From Macrostomum lignano (lineage: Eukaryota): 64,000 bases of DNA. The notes below the pieces were generated by a model that ran no database searches, had not been told where the DNA came from, and saw nothing but the letters and a program-made list of their open reading frames with translations. Of the stretch, positions 23,620 through 43,780 are shown in pieces. Both the position numbers and the translations under genes were made by a program. Positions within the stretch are counted from its first letter, which is position 1; each line of letters opens with the position of its first letter. The stretch lies in contig NIVC01000604.1 in assembly GCA_002269645.1 (NCBI GenBank), positions 331,128-395,127 of the forward strand, given 5' to 3'.

Positions 23620-25930
23620 AGAAAGAAAATTCAGGAAAATAATGAATGTACACCCTGCATTCACTGAGATATTTTTGCTTGCAATGATGAAAAAATTTCT
23701 TATATGTTGGCAGCAGATTTGTACTATGTGCCCAGTGGTTGTGTTCTAGAAGCCAATTGAAGGTGCCATGCACAAGTTGTCGCAGGGGAGTAGAAGCTGT
23801 GCGTAATGCTGAATGTGGCATTGGTAAAAGCTGAACATGCCGAGGTAGCGCTGCAGCTCCTTACTGTCCTTGGGTAGAGGAAGAGCACGTAGGGCGCTCA
23901 CTTGATTGGGCAGTGGTCGGATCCCATCTCCCAAAATCTGATGGCCCAGGAACTTGATTGTATCCTAATGGAATTGGCATTTGTGAGGGCTAATTTGCAG
24001 GCAGTTGTTGCATAGGCGTTGCAGTATGGAACGCAGGTGTGCCTTGTGCTCCTCGCAGCAGGTGCTATGGTGGATCCAAATGTCGTCAATGTAGGTGACC
24101 ACAAATAGCATGTCATGGAAAATTGCGTCAATGAACTGTTGAAAGGTACTGGCTGCATTGTGTAGTCCAAATGGCATGCGCAGATACTCAAATGAACCAA
24201 ATGGTGTGCAAAATGCAGTCTTCTATGTCCGTCGCGATGGGTACAAAGTGGTAAGCTTTGACGAGGTCAAGCTTACTGAAAATCTGTGACCTATGGAGTC
24301 GATAGTGAAAGTGTCCAATGTGGGGTATCGGGTAGCAATCTGGCTTGGTTATTGCATTGAGTGTGCGGTAGTCGCCGCAGGGATGCCACAAGCTGTCCTT
24401 CTTCTTCACCATGTGAAGAGGGGATGCCCATGGATTGGTGGAAGGTCGCACAATGCCGAGCTGCAGCAGTTGGTCAAACTCCACCTTCACTGTGTCAAAC
24501 TTGGCTGGAGGGAGTGGACAAGGTTGGCAGAATAGTGGCTTGCTGTCAGTAATTATCTAGTAGCTGACTGTGCTAGACAAAGGTGCGGACAAATAGTCTG
24601 GGGCTTCTGCTAGCTGCAGGAAAGCATTGAGGGGTGTTGCTAACACTTCCAATGTTGCTAGCACCTATGGGGCTGAGTCTGCTGTTGCTTGAAGAGCTGC
24701 ATGAAGTTGAGTAGTTGGGTCATGCAGATGTCTGTTCCGCATGTCAATTAGGAGACCAACTTAGCCAGGAAGTCAGCACCCAGAATCAGTGGTGTATAGG
24801 CCACGATGAAGTTCGCGGGCAATAGGCAGCATAGCTGTGGGATTGTGACAGACAGTGAGCACTGACCAAGGGTACGAAATATGCAACTATCGATGCTGCG
24901 TAGCCGGACCTGCGTGGATACCAGCAGGTGGTGAGGGGCAAGTTCCACAGGTAGCAGGGAGCACTCAGCACCGGTGTCCACAACAAAATGAACTGTTTTT
25001 CCAAATGCTTTACAGGGTAACAACAAGGAAGCGGCCTCATTGAGGTCATGGTTCGGCCTTAATGCATGACCTATGCATTTGTTGGACTGGTGGCGTGCGA
25101 CTGGGCCAGCATAGCCTGACGGCTATTGAGCATGCATTGTGGCTTTGGTCCAGGCCACTGGCACCATGGTCGGCAGGTGCAACCTCTGCGCCATAGTTGA
25201 TGTGGCCATTGCAGACCTTCTGCCTTGGCTGTCAGGTGCGTCGTGCCTCATAGGCGCTGCCTGGCAAAGGGGCCAACGGTGCGGCGGTAGCTTGCGCAAT
25301 TGTGTGGAATGGTTTGGGACTGGCGACTGCCAACATGCTGTTAGTGATCCTTGCAAAGTTGTCAAGTGCTTCAGATTTGTGGCTGACGAGTGCTGAACGG
25401 ATGTTGCTGGGAAGGGCAAACAGCAGGCGGGACTTGACAATCAAGTCATCAACCTGCAGGCCAACTTCGGAGAAGCACCGCCAAATGTCCATAACTAGTT
25501 GTGTAGGATAGCAGTCACCAAGCTCGACTGCAGTGAGCACTTCTTCGATGCGCTGGTGGTGGTTGGCCTGGAGCAGCTCCATCACAGCCAACTTTTATTG
25601 CTTTGTAATTGTCCTCTACATCGGCAATGTCGCAGGTGACATCTTCCAGCAGTGCAGACAGAGTGTGATGAAACTTGATCATTGGACAGGTGATATGGGC
25701 CAAGACAAACTGAGATTCCAGTTGGCAGAACCAGACATCGGGCACTTTGCAGTAGAATGGTGGTGGGCAGACCGTGCAACAGTTAACCAACTCTTGGGCT
25801 ATTGAGGCTGTGTCCCTCTCTGTAGTAGACGTAGAGCCAGTGGTGTTGGCCACCATTTGTCATTTGCTGCATTTGCTGGGCATCCTAAGGTAAGCCAGAT
25901 GGTGTTATCGCATGCTCTGCTACCACTTTG
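23620..25930 (-). mobile_element. Degenerate Ty3/Gypsy LTR retrotransposon (gag-protease-RT, truncated in the RNase H linker; no integrase)
   Basis: Gag PPFYCKVPDVWFCQLESQF; protease VHFVVDTGAECSLLP; RT PWASPLHMVKK...CGDYRTLN...FSKLDLVKAYH...MPFGLHNAASTFQ...YIDDI; frameshifted. Probable 5' LTR from ~25929 to roughly 26120. Confidence 0.9.
25911..25925 (-). other. Primer-binding site complementary to initiator tRNA-Met
   Basis: Minus strand TGGTAGCAGAGCATG lies 3 nt after an LTR-like ...TACA end; the animal tRNA-iMet 3' end gives TGGTAGCAGAGGATG (14/15). Confidence 0.7.
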
Positions 25931-27490
25931 TAGAGGGTGCTACAACTAAGAACAAAAGGCAGATAATTGCAGTGGAACAAGGTGTAAAAACTAGTTGTGG
26001 GGAATGCTGCTCTGGCTTCTTAGCTTAGTGCTGTATAACTGTATTTCACCATTAGCATCTGCCATAGATAATAGAATCATACTTATATGATCAATGGCTA
26101 TGTAGTGTTGTATCTACAACACATAGTGCTATAGTATATATATTAGTATGCAAAAAATTGGCTATCATAGCCACAGTGCATCTATCATCTTCACAACTCT
26201 ATGTTACAAAATCAGGGTCATTGAGTTTGCTTGATTGCCACTGATCTCAATGCTCTAATAAATGCTCAGGTTTCTTATTAAAACCATTTTGGCCTCTTCA
26301 TACCAAAGAGATTCTGCAAAATGTTGCATAGATATAGACATAGACATAGACCGATCATTTTTAGTATATGGACTTACTATTTCAATTTATTATCATATTA
26401 AAATTATTCTACAACTCACTTCCACATGATCCTAAGTCAGACTGCAAGTATAGACAAAGTCAAAATGCTCTTTGTCAATCAGTGCAATTGAGAGCTCATG
26501 AATTGATGCAGCTAAAAGGCACTAAGCATCTTTAAACTTAAGTAGACTTTTCAATCTTGCCACTCCGGTAAAAACCATCAGCTCTATAGAAAGGCCTCAG
26601 CTTTGTGCAGGTTGTTAGTTTGTGCAAAAAGCAACTCGCAGTAGATCAATTGCTTGAAGCTTTTTTGTGCACTATTGTAGATATTCCAATTTTTGTTTAG
26701 TTTTAAAAATATAAAAGCCTAGATTTTCCAGAATTTTCATAATTTTTTATAGTTCTTGTCTATAAAATCATATTTTTTGTTATTCCAATGAAATCCAGTT
26801 ATGTATTTATGCAAAAAATATAATGTATATTAGCCTTTTTTTCTATATAATTGATCTGTGAAGTCATTTATTTGCAAAAGGCCTCCTTCTTTAATTTGCC
26901 CTTTGCATGCTTATTGGCAAGTCATAGAACCCTCATTCTCATTGAAGTCTTTACCAATTGTCATCTATTCTTTGGTCTTATCAATATTAGCTTTATCATG
27001 CATAAGTAAGCATTTAGGCCTAGCCTACTGAGGTTTATTTGTATAAATATGATAGGCAAATGCATGTCAAAATTTAAAAAATTTACATCAAATTTACTAT
27101 AGTTCACAGATATAACATTACTATAATTTGAAATTCAAACAAAATTCACATTTTATGTTTTGTTGTAAGTAAAATGCATGCTTTTTACTTTTGTTTTGAA
27201 CAATATTAACTTAAAATTTAATTTAGTTACAATAAAGATGTTTCATAGTGTCACAAAATTGCATATCATACTTTTAGCCACATTGGAAGTATAAAAGTAC
27301 AAATTATACTTTCAGAGCCCCATCAGATGTATAAAAGTACACATTGCACTTTCAGTCTCATAGGAAGCAAAAAAGTGCAAATTGGCCTTTTAGTCACATT
27401 GAAAGTATAAAAGTCCGCATTGCAATGCATGCCACATTGAGAGTTTAGTTTCTCCTAGAGGTCAACACCCAATCGCAATCTTTAGCCAGC

Positions 27491-27877
27491 ATGTCAAACA
27501 GAAAAGAAGCCGCTGCCGCCAGTCAGAGCGCCGCCATCCAGGACTCCTTTGGCACCATCGTGCGCAGATTCATTGACGAATACTGGAGTGGCACCTCGCG
27601 CTCGCTGAAGATCATCGACGCCTACATGTTTTACATTCTCATCACGGGCGTGATCCAGTTTGCCTACTGCTGCCTGCTTGGCACTTTTCCATTTAACTCC
27701 TTCCTCAGCGGCTTCATCAGCTGCGTGGCCAGCTTTGTCCTTGCCAGCTGCCTGCGCATGCAGGTCAATCCGCAGAACAAGTCCGAGTTCTCCGGCATCA
27801 CCAAGGAGAGAGCGTTTGCCGACTTCCTGTTTGCCAGCCTGCTGCTCCATCTGGTTGTTATCAACTTCATCGGATGA
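27491..27877 (+). CDS. DAD1: DAD1/OST2 oligosaccharyltransferase subunit (defender against cell death 1), intronless, 128 aa
   Basis: [58 protein letters not shown]...[23 protein letters not shown] is the characteristic DAD family sequence. Confidence 0.97.
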   Translation: MSNRKEAAAASQSAAIQDSFGTIVRRFIDEYWSGTSRSLKIIDAYMFYILITGVIQFAYCCLLGTFPFNSFLSGFISCVASFVLASCLRMQVNPQNKSEFSGITKERAFADFLFASLLLHLVVINFIG

Positions 27878-27994
27878 GCTCCGCCCGGCTGCTCTTGTGG
27901 GCTAACTCTGGCAAATGGAGAAATTCTTTTATTAGCTGTCAGTGCTAAGCATGGGCGAGAGTTCACTGTTCACTACTGATTATAGTACTATCGA

Positions 27995-28530
27995 CCTTAT
28001 AGTCCCCTGGGACCTGATCCTGATCTCATAGTCCCTTGGGACCTGATCCCGATCGCATAGTCCCTTGGGACCTGATCCCGATCTCATAGTCTCTTGGGAC
28101 CTGATTCCGATGGCATAGTCCCTTGGGACCTGATCCCGATCTCATAGTCCCTTGCGACCTGATTCCGATGGCATAGTCGCTTGGGACCTGATCCCGATCT
28201 CATAGTCCCTTGGGACCTGATCCCGATGGCATAGTCCCTTGGGACCTGATCCGGATCGCATAGTCCCTTGGGACCTGATCCCGATCTCATAGTCCCTTGG
28301 GACCTGATCCCGATCGCATAGTCCCTTGGGACCTGATCCCGATCGCATAGTCCCTTGGGACTTGATCCTGATCTCATAGTCCCTTGGGACCTGATCCCGA
28401 TTTCATAGTCCCTTGGGACCTGATCCCGATCGCATAGTCCCTTGGGACCTGATCCCGATCTTATAAGTCACCTGGGATCTGATCCCGAGCTTATAGTCCC
28501 ATGAGACCTGATCCCGATTTTGTAGTCCCT
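27995..28530. repeat. 29-bp minisatellite
   Basis: Unit ATAGTCCCTTGGGACCTGATCCCGATCTC. Confidence 0.95.
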
Positions 28531-29389
28531 TGGTCTTTGATCACTCTCTTTTCGAGTCCTAAGGTTTGTAAAGTCAGTATGGTGACATACTTGGATAAGA
28601 ATTAGTTGGTGATCATTCCCGCTTCATACTACTGCACTGATAAGCCGATTCGAGTAGGCCGTCCGCGTAAAGCCGTTATAATTGTCGCAATCTATGTACC
28701 TGCTGCAAGATATATACTGAGGGCGGTTTTGTGTTCGGTGATGTGTTAGCCTTATACCAATTAACATTAGTGTAGCAAATATGTTTTTTTGTTGGGTTCC
28801 TAAAGTAGTTTTTCTCCTGTAGAACAAAAACTAATATCAATACGTGTGCGCTACTTGCACTACTAGTTCTAGTAGCGTGTTGCAGTTTTTTTGTCAAGAA
28901 AACAGCACGTCATTATCTTCTGATTCTTTATAGCGAGCGCTCAATATTGAAGTGAGCGGATGAGCTCCTAATTGTTACTTGCCTATCATCGGTGTTTGGC
29001 TTTTCCTCTCTGTAGAAGCCGTGCATTGTGCGTATTTATACTGCCCAAATCAAATCGAACTGACCCTTTTTTATCTGTTTTCATTGTTTCTCTTTTCGTT
29101 TCTATTCATACGGTTTCCTTAGCAATATGCTCCGTTGAATTCAATCGCTTGTCACGTTCGCGCGGCTAGATTGCCCCGTTACTGTTCTATGCATATGCTC
29201 TATCACAAAATTCCAATATTCTTCATCGTTACGATTAGCAAACATTTGACTTTCTCTGCAAAATCTTTTTTGTTTGTTATCTGCTTTGCGACTCTTTTGG
29301 ACTCACCGGTTGGCGCTGTGCCAAAATTTGATTATTAAGCACGTGGGTCCTAGTCCTTGTCGGTTTCCGGGTCATTGAGAATCTTAGAT

Positions 29390-29785
29390 CCCTAATCTTT
29401 GAGATTCCCCGGATCCCAAATCTTTGCGAGTCCCCGGATCCCAAATCTTTGTGAGTCCTCGGATCCCAAATCTTTGCGAGTCCTCGGATCCCAAATCTTT
29501 GCGAGTCCTCGGATCCCAAATCTTTGCGAGTCCTCGGATCCCAAATCTTTGCGAGTCCTCGGATCCCAAATCTTTGAAATTCCCCGTATCCTAAGTTTGG
29601 TCCCCGGATCCCAAATCTTTGTGAGTCCTCGGATCCCAAATCTTTGCGAGTCCCCGGGTCCCAAATCTTTGAAATTCCCAGTATCCTAAGTTTGGTCCCC
29701 GGATCCCAAATCTTTGCGAGTCCCCGGGTCCCAAATCTTTGCGAGTCCCCGGGTCCCAAGTTTGAGATTCCCCGGATCCCAAGTT
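29390..29785. repeat. ~25-bp minisatellite
   Basis: Unit GGATCCCAAATCTTTGCGAGTCCTC with variants. Confidence 0.9.
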
Positions 29786-30239
29786 CCTTCATTGTACCCC
29801 AAACTGTAGCTTGTCATTTGCGTCACAAACTCTGTCCGGTTTCTGCCTTTCTCCTCCTTCACATTTAAACCATTAGATGTTGTTTGCTCTCTCCGGCATA
29901 ATTTAATTTCTTCGGTCAAAGTTAGTGACGGATAAGCTGGCAGTGAGAATTGTTGCAGCAGCCCATTGCTGTTATTCTATTCAGAAGTTGAAAATATTCA
30001 AATAAACAAAGAATTCTTAGAAACACCCCGACGCAGTCGGACAGTCGCCTCTCGTTGCGCTGCGGCAAAGGCAATGGCCTAATTGGAATTGCGGGCGATC
30101 AAGCTTGTCTTGCTGTGTTACTCTTCTGGTCTAGTTTATATTCATTATATTTGCAGCTTAGGGCATAGCATAAGTGGGACAGTTTCTTACCCAGATCCTC
30201 AGTCCGTTGCCGTTGCGCTGCCTCAGTTTCTGGGCACCC

Positions 30240-30800
30240 AGGAGCCAGCCTCCCACATCCTCAGTGACTGGTCCACCGCCAGCCTCCCAGATCTTGAGTT
30301 GTTGGGCCAGCCTCCCAGATCCTCAGTTGCTGGGCCACCGCCAGCCTCCCAGATTCCCAGCTGCTGAGCCAGCCTCCCAGATCCTCAGTTGCTGTGCCAG
30401 CCTCCCACATCCTCAGTGACTGGTCCACCGCCAGCCTCCCAGATCTTGAGTTGTTGGGCCAGCCTCCCAGATCCTCAGTTGCTGGGCCACCGCCAGCCTC
30501 CCAGATTCCCAGCTGCTGAGCCAGCCTCCCAGATCATCAGTTGTTGGGCCAGCCTCCCAGATCCTCAGTTGCTGTGCCAGCCTCCCACATCCTCAGTGAC
30601 TGGTCCACCGCCACCCTCTCAGATCTTCAGTTGCTGGGCCAGCCTCCCAGATCCCCAGTTGCTGGGCCAGTCTCCCAAATCCTCAGTTTCTGGGCCAGCC
30701 CCCAGATCCTCAGCTGCTCGGCTAGCCTCCCAGATCCTCAGTTGCTGAGCCTCCCAGATGCTCAGTTGCTGGGCCAGCTTCCCAGATCCCCAGGCTCAGG
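30240..30800. repeat. ~28-bp minisatellite with higher-order structure, upstream of LLPH
   Basis: Unit GCCAGCCTCCCAGATCCTCAGTTGCTGG; the variant CACATCCTCAGTGACTGGTCC recurs at ~30254, ~30406 and ~30586. Confidence 0.9.
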
Positions 30801-30862
30801 GCCTCTTTAAGATCAGCACTAGTCCAACCCTACCGCCGCCGCCGCCCGCTCCCGCAGCTGCC

Positions 30863-31273
30863 ATGGCCAAGAGTCTGCGGTCCAAGCGGATGCGTCACAA
30901 CCGCGCCATCAAGCGAGAGAAAATCTACGGGCCGAAGGAGCTGGCCCGGCTGAAGAAAACCGTGGCCGGCTTAACTGACGGCGGAACCGTTGCTAACGAC
31001 GCAGAGATGCGCGACGTAGCCGTTGTCAGGGACTCTACCGAAGTTGCTAAGGAGCTGGCGGAGAAGCGAAACCAACAGAAATCGGCGTACGACTCGAAGA
31101 CGCTGCAAGACGAGCACGGTTGCTACCCGCCCTGGATGAACCAGCGGCGCATCCGGCGGCACCAGGCCCACCTGCAGAAGCAGAAGTCGGGCAAGAGTGC
31201 GGCGGCTTCGGGCAATACGGCATCTGCAAAGCGGGGCGGAAAGAAGCGACCGAAGAAAAAGTCTGCTTGGTGA
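30863..31273 (+). CDS. LLPH: LLP homolog (LAPS18-like), 136 aa
   Basis: MAKSLRSKRMRHNRAIKREKIYGPKELARLKK and KTLQDEHGCYPPWMNQRRIRR match LLP family motifs; basic C-terminal tail; GCCATGG start context. Confidence 0.92.
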   Translation: MAKSLRSKRMRHNRAIKREKIYGPKELARLKKTVAGLTDGGTVANDAEMRDVAVVRDSTEVAKELAEKRNQQKSAYDSKTLQDEHGCYPPWMNQRRIRRHQAHLQKQKSGKSAAASGNTASAKRGGKKRPKKKSAW

Positions 31274-31409
31274 CATTGTGATGAACTTGGGCTTCTAATA
31301 TGGGTATTTTATGCGCTTTCTTACGAAAGAACGGTAGAAGAAATGTGTTGCAGCAATTGTCTAACATCTTCCGAGGTCCTCTTTTTCCAATCCGTGTAAT
31401 TTCATTAGA

Positions 31410-32395
31410 ATCCGCCCCCCCCCCAATTCCACTAGAATCCGCCCCCTAATTCCACTAGAATCCGCCCCAATTCCTCTAGAATCCGCTCCTAGTTCCACTA
31501 GAATCCGCCCCCAATTCCACTAGATCCTCCCCCTAATTCCACAAGAATCCGCCTCTAATTTCTCTAGTAGCCGCCATCTAATTCCCCTAGAATCCGCCCC
31601 ATAATTTCTCTAGAATCCGCCCCCAATTCCACTAGAATCCGCCCTAAATTCCACTAGAATCCGCCCCCAATTCCGCTAGAATCCGCCCCCAATTCCACTA
31701 GAATCCGCCCCCAATTCCACTAGATCCTCCCCCTAATTCCACAAGAATCCGCCCCTAATTTCTCTAGTAGCCGCTATCTAATTCCCCTAGAATCCGCCCC
31801 ATAATTTCTCTAGAATCCGCCCCCAATTCCACTAGAATCCGCCCTAAATTCCACTAGAATCCGCCCCCAATTCCGCTAGAATCCGCCCCCAATTCCACTA
31901 GAATCCGCCCCCAATTCCACTAGAATCCGCCCTAAATTCCACTAGAATCCGCCCCCAATTCCGCTAGAATCCGCCCCCAATTCCACTAGAATCCGCCCTA
32001 AATTCCACTAGAATCCGCCCCCAATTCCACTAGAATCCGCCCTAAATTCCACTAGAATCCGCCCCCAATTCCACTAGAATCCGCACTAAATTCCACTAGA
32101 ATCCGCCCCCAATTCCGCTAGAATCCGCCCCCAATTCCACTAGAATCCGCCCCCAATTCCACTAGAATCCGCCCTAAATTCCACTAGAATCCGCCCCCAA
32201 TTCCGCTAGAATCCGCCCCCAATTCCACTAGAATCCGCCCTAAATTCCACTAGAATCCGCCCCCAATTCCACTAGAATCCGCCCTAAATTCCACTAGAAT
32301 CCGCCCCCAATTCCACTAGAATCCGCCCCCAATTCCACTAGAATCCGCCCCCACTTCCACTAGAATCCGCCCCTCATTCCCCGAGAACCCGCCCC
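31410..32395. repeat. 21-22 bp minisatellite
   Basis: Unit AATTCCACTAGAATCCGCCCCC, about 1 kb long. Confidence 0.95.
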
Positions 32396-33699
32396 CTAAC
32401 TCTGTTAGTAATCCAGGGCCGACAATTTGCTATAGCGATTTAATTCTTGAAGCAAAAACTGCTTTAGCATTTCTTCTTATTCCAAACTTAATGAAGTTGT
32501 ATGGGTTACTCCAGTCACTTATAAATAAACTTGAGATCTGAAAATTCGCCATATTGTCCGGTTCTCTCCTGGCATTTTCGGTTGCTCAGCCGTTGGAATA
32601 ATTGCTTCTGAATTTGATCTTCATTTCTCTTTCCTTTATTTTTTAAAGTACATGCATTTTGTAGCTCTTTTAAACCGCTGAATGCTGCTATTGAATGCGC
32701 GTGCACCAATGGAAAGTGCAACCGTCCCATGCTACTCAAAGTACAGTAGCGCGGAGACCACACTGCGTGTCTCTGAGGAGTGTCGCATGCTGCCCATCTG
32801 CCGGCCGTCGCGGATTCGCCATTGCGAAAGCATTGGTAAAGTCAGGGTCGCAATCGCTGTAGTATGACAGATTCCCAGCCCGCCTGCGCAACCTCGAGCA
32901 AAAAAGGCAATAAAAATAATTAATGTTAGCAACTCGCGCCGCCCTTTGCTCACCGCATGGGGTCCGTCTGGAGAGTCGAATAGTGCCGCCGCAACCGAAA
33001 ATCCCCAAAAACTGGGATTCCCAGCCCCGGCGGCGATTTGCCCTTCCTTCCCCCCTCGGAGACTGGCCGATGAGAACAACTGACTCCGTTCCCGGGGTCC
33101 TTAACCTCGGGCTTCGATGGGGAGCCCCGCGGGGCAGGGCGCTGATTGGGATGGGAGTGTCCGGGCCTGGCTTGATACTGTTAATAATGGGCTGCGGCTC
33201 TGAGTGCCCGACCGTGTTTTTTTCTCCGTGTTTATTGTCGCCGAGATTGCTCCCGTGAAGTGTTTGAGCAGGCAAGTCTGCCCCCCCCCCCTATTGTTGC
33301 GGCATGTTTTTTGCGCGCCTCGGGGCTGAGAGCTGTTCTCCAAATATGGTTTTTTCAATGAAAAGGTTGGGCCTAAACACCACCTATAGCTTTGGAATGA
33401 AAATCAACTACGGCTCGTAGATGCTTGAGATTTGACAGTTTTCGACAAACTGCTTCTGCTCTGCTTCAAAGCAGTCGCGGAAGTTGTGGCTGCGGTTTTT
33501 TTAGTCGGGTAATTCTTCTTTCCGTAATTAATTGCACCTTGGTGTTGCAGTGTTTTGCTTTTTTACCGTGCATATGCATGATTATAAGTCTCTTGAATCG
33601 TAATCCTAAAAAGCACTTTTATCTAGCGTCCCATAAGAATCCCAAGCAGACACTTCAGAATCTCCAGCAGACACATTTGAGAATTCTCAAAAAGCAGAC

Positions 33700-34305
33700 A
33701 CTTCGCAGTCCCAAGCAGACACATTTCAGAGCCCCAAGCAGACACATTTCAGAGCCCCAAGCAGACACATTTCAGAGCCCCAAGCAGACACATTTCAGAG
33801 CCCCAAGCAGACACATTTCAGAGCCCCAAGCAGACACATTTCAGAGCCCCAAGCAGACACATTTCAGAGCCCCAAGCAGACACATTTTAGAGCCCCAAGC
33901 AGACACATTTCAGAGCCCCAAGCAGACACATTTCAGAGCCCCAAGCAGACACATTTCAGAGCCCTAAGCAGACACATTCCAGAGCCCCAAGCAGACACAT
34001 TTGAGAGCCCCAAGCAGACACATTTGAGAGCCCCAAGCAGACACAGTTCAGAGCCCCAAGCAGACACATTTCAGAGCCCCAAGCAGACACATTTCAGAGC
34101 CCCAAGCAGACACATTTGAGAGCCCCAAGCAGACACATTTCAGAGCCCCAAGCAGACACATTTCAGAGCCTCAAGCAGACACATTCCAGAGCCCCAAGCA
34201 GACACATTTCAGAGCCCCAAGCAGACACATTTCAGAGCCCCAAGCAGACACATTTGAGAGCCCCAAGCAGACACATTTTAGAGCCCCAAGCAGACACATT
34301 TCAGA
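33700..34305. repeat. 23-bp minisatellite
   Basis: Unit GAGCCCCAAGCAGACACATTTCA. Confidence 0.95.
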
Positions 34306-36548
34306 GCCAATACATCAAATTAGAGCATCTAAATTTAAACATCTAATTGCCTGTCATACACATCGCTGTCAATGAAGGACCATGCAACTTTTTACATTGC
34401 TGTCTACTCAATGTATAGGCCAATAACTCGCTTGTCTGCTGTTAAGAATTGAGGGCCGAGGGCTCAAAATAACTTTGAGCAGCTTTCCTGTGAGTGTCTG
34501 GACTCGGCTGTAGCCATGGCAGGTTGCCTTGAGCTGCATATTTATTAGACTGCATTCGCCAATTAATGGATTTGTCTGCTCGCGGGACCGCCCGCCACGC
34601 CCCGTGCTTTGGGCTCTGGTGGCCCCGTCAATTGATTCGGGGGCCCGAAAGGCCAGACAGAAAAGGCAGGAGTTGAATCTGCGTCTGCACAAGCATCGAA
34701 ACACTTCATGTGCGCGCATGGAGAGTTGCCAGGGCCTGCTGCCCCGCCCTCCTGTGAGGTGGTGCAGCTCTCTGTGCTCGACTATGATGCAGCACAATTA
34801 ACTGTTGCTGGCTGCTTGTTGCCTCTGCATTGTTGAGATGAGCCACTCCTGCCACTCCAGCCCCCCACTCTTACCCTGGGGCTTTCCCATGACTTCTTGA
34901 CAAAGGCGCTGTTCTCATGGTGCTGACAATGGCTTAGCGGGGGGTTAGAGACGCTCGGCCACCGCTCAATGTGTGACACCTTTGATGGACAGGCCTGTGA
35001 GAGCGAGTCCGAGTCAAAGAGCCAGGGGTATACAGGGCATACCTCCAGTCCGCGCAGGGCCTCTTGAGCCACCCTGCCGGGCTAATTACTGCCGCTGACT
35101 GTCAGCGACAAGAGAGCAGTCCAGCGCTTCTCACGAGTTCACCTTCTCTTCTACAGCTGAGCTCCCGTTCAAGCAGGGGGGACTGACTGCCGGCTGCTGC
35201 AGCCACCCACTTTGCCGCGGCTGACTGATGAGAGCTGTCAACCTGACAGCCGCCGCGGCCGCTGATTCGCGGGCGGTCCCGCCTTCCCAGCCTCCTCATC
35301 AGCGTCATCACGGTTTGAGTCTTTTTTTGTCCGGCTCTGTCTCTCGGCTCTCAGGCGTGAGACCATGGACTCCCGCTGAGTCGGTTGCTGCCAAATTGCC
35401 GTTGCTTTTAGTAGACGCAATTGGCTCTGCAATTTGCCCGACCAGGCGGTCGCTTTCCGGCCACCAACCCCCCCCCCCCCTATTTTCGAGTCCCCGACTT
35501 CGCCACTCAACTTTGGTCTGTCTCGGCGAGATTCCCATGAGCCCTCGAGTCAGCGAAGGCTGTCTCGTCTAGACATAATAGAGTATAAGTTCGCGCTCAA
35601 CAAGGTGCGCCCTGCATTTGCATGTGCGATTATCAGCAAGTACTGTCTCACTATACAGCAAAACCCGCGTGTTCGGTAGTGGACCACGGGCTGGGGGCGT
35701 TTCGTGAACTCAAAATTTCATATTCATCGAAAAGAGTTGCTTGGCAATTGCCATTTCCGTTAGTTCAAAACTTCTGGTAACGGAAACTTTGTTCACTTTT
35801 AAATATTCCAGTGGCCCTGAAATATAATGAAATACATTAAAATAGGCGAATTCTCGTTTTGATTGTCCATTCCACATTCTATGCTTGTCGAGCCTGTGGC
35901 CTGGCTTGAATGTCCACGGCATCCCGTTTTGATTTTCCAAACTCCCATTTAGATCGTTAACTGACTGTTTTAAGCGCTTTAGTTAATATTAGTTTTTTAT
36001 TGAAATGAATCTAAAAACAACTTTAAAGAACGCCTCTGATTTCGCATTGATTTGTTGTATTGTATAATTTTAGTGCAGCTGCACTCACGGCACACGAACG
36101 CCTTGGGCGGGGGGAGTACAGTACGTATGCACCACAGTCAGGATCAGGGGTAGCGATCTCTAAAAGAAGTACAGAAAAACAACGTTTGCACACAAGCAAA
36201 CGAGAGGCATGCAAACAGCAAGCAGAAGATACAAAATGAGCAAATAATAACATTCAATGTGTTGTGTCGGCCCGGTTGCTACAAAAATTGATAAATATTC
36301 GCGAGCACCGCAGTCGAAGTTAAACAAAAATAGAAAACGCACAAAACGCTAAAAATATTGGAAGCAAATACGATAGAAAAACAAAAATTAAATTTATATT
36401 TAAAGAAATTTTCGCCCATACATATTTGGCAATTCTACGTGAGCTTTGCTGCAGTTCAGAAACAGCGGCTGCATTGAGAGTTCTGTTCATTTTAAGCTCG
36501 TGTGTTATCAAGGTCCGCAGTCCCCCAGCATCCATGGCGGCGTCATCA

Positions 36549-43780
<7,232 letters not shown>

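Noticed and set aside
27494-27966. Antisense and alternate-frame ORFs over DAD1 (likewise over LLPH, tailless and ABHD8)
   Set aside because: Shadow ORFs expected from GC-rich codon usage.
28600-29340. Coding-like fragments (GRPRK; DEEYWNFVIEHMH on the minus strand)
   Set aside because: Short and interrupted, with no TIR or TSD found; possibly a transposon relic but unsupported.
27995-34305. Regular 21-30 bp repeats resembling CRISPR arrays (also elsewhere in the window)
   Set aside because: Head-to-tail units with no unique spacers, no cas genes, and a eukaryotic context.
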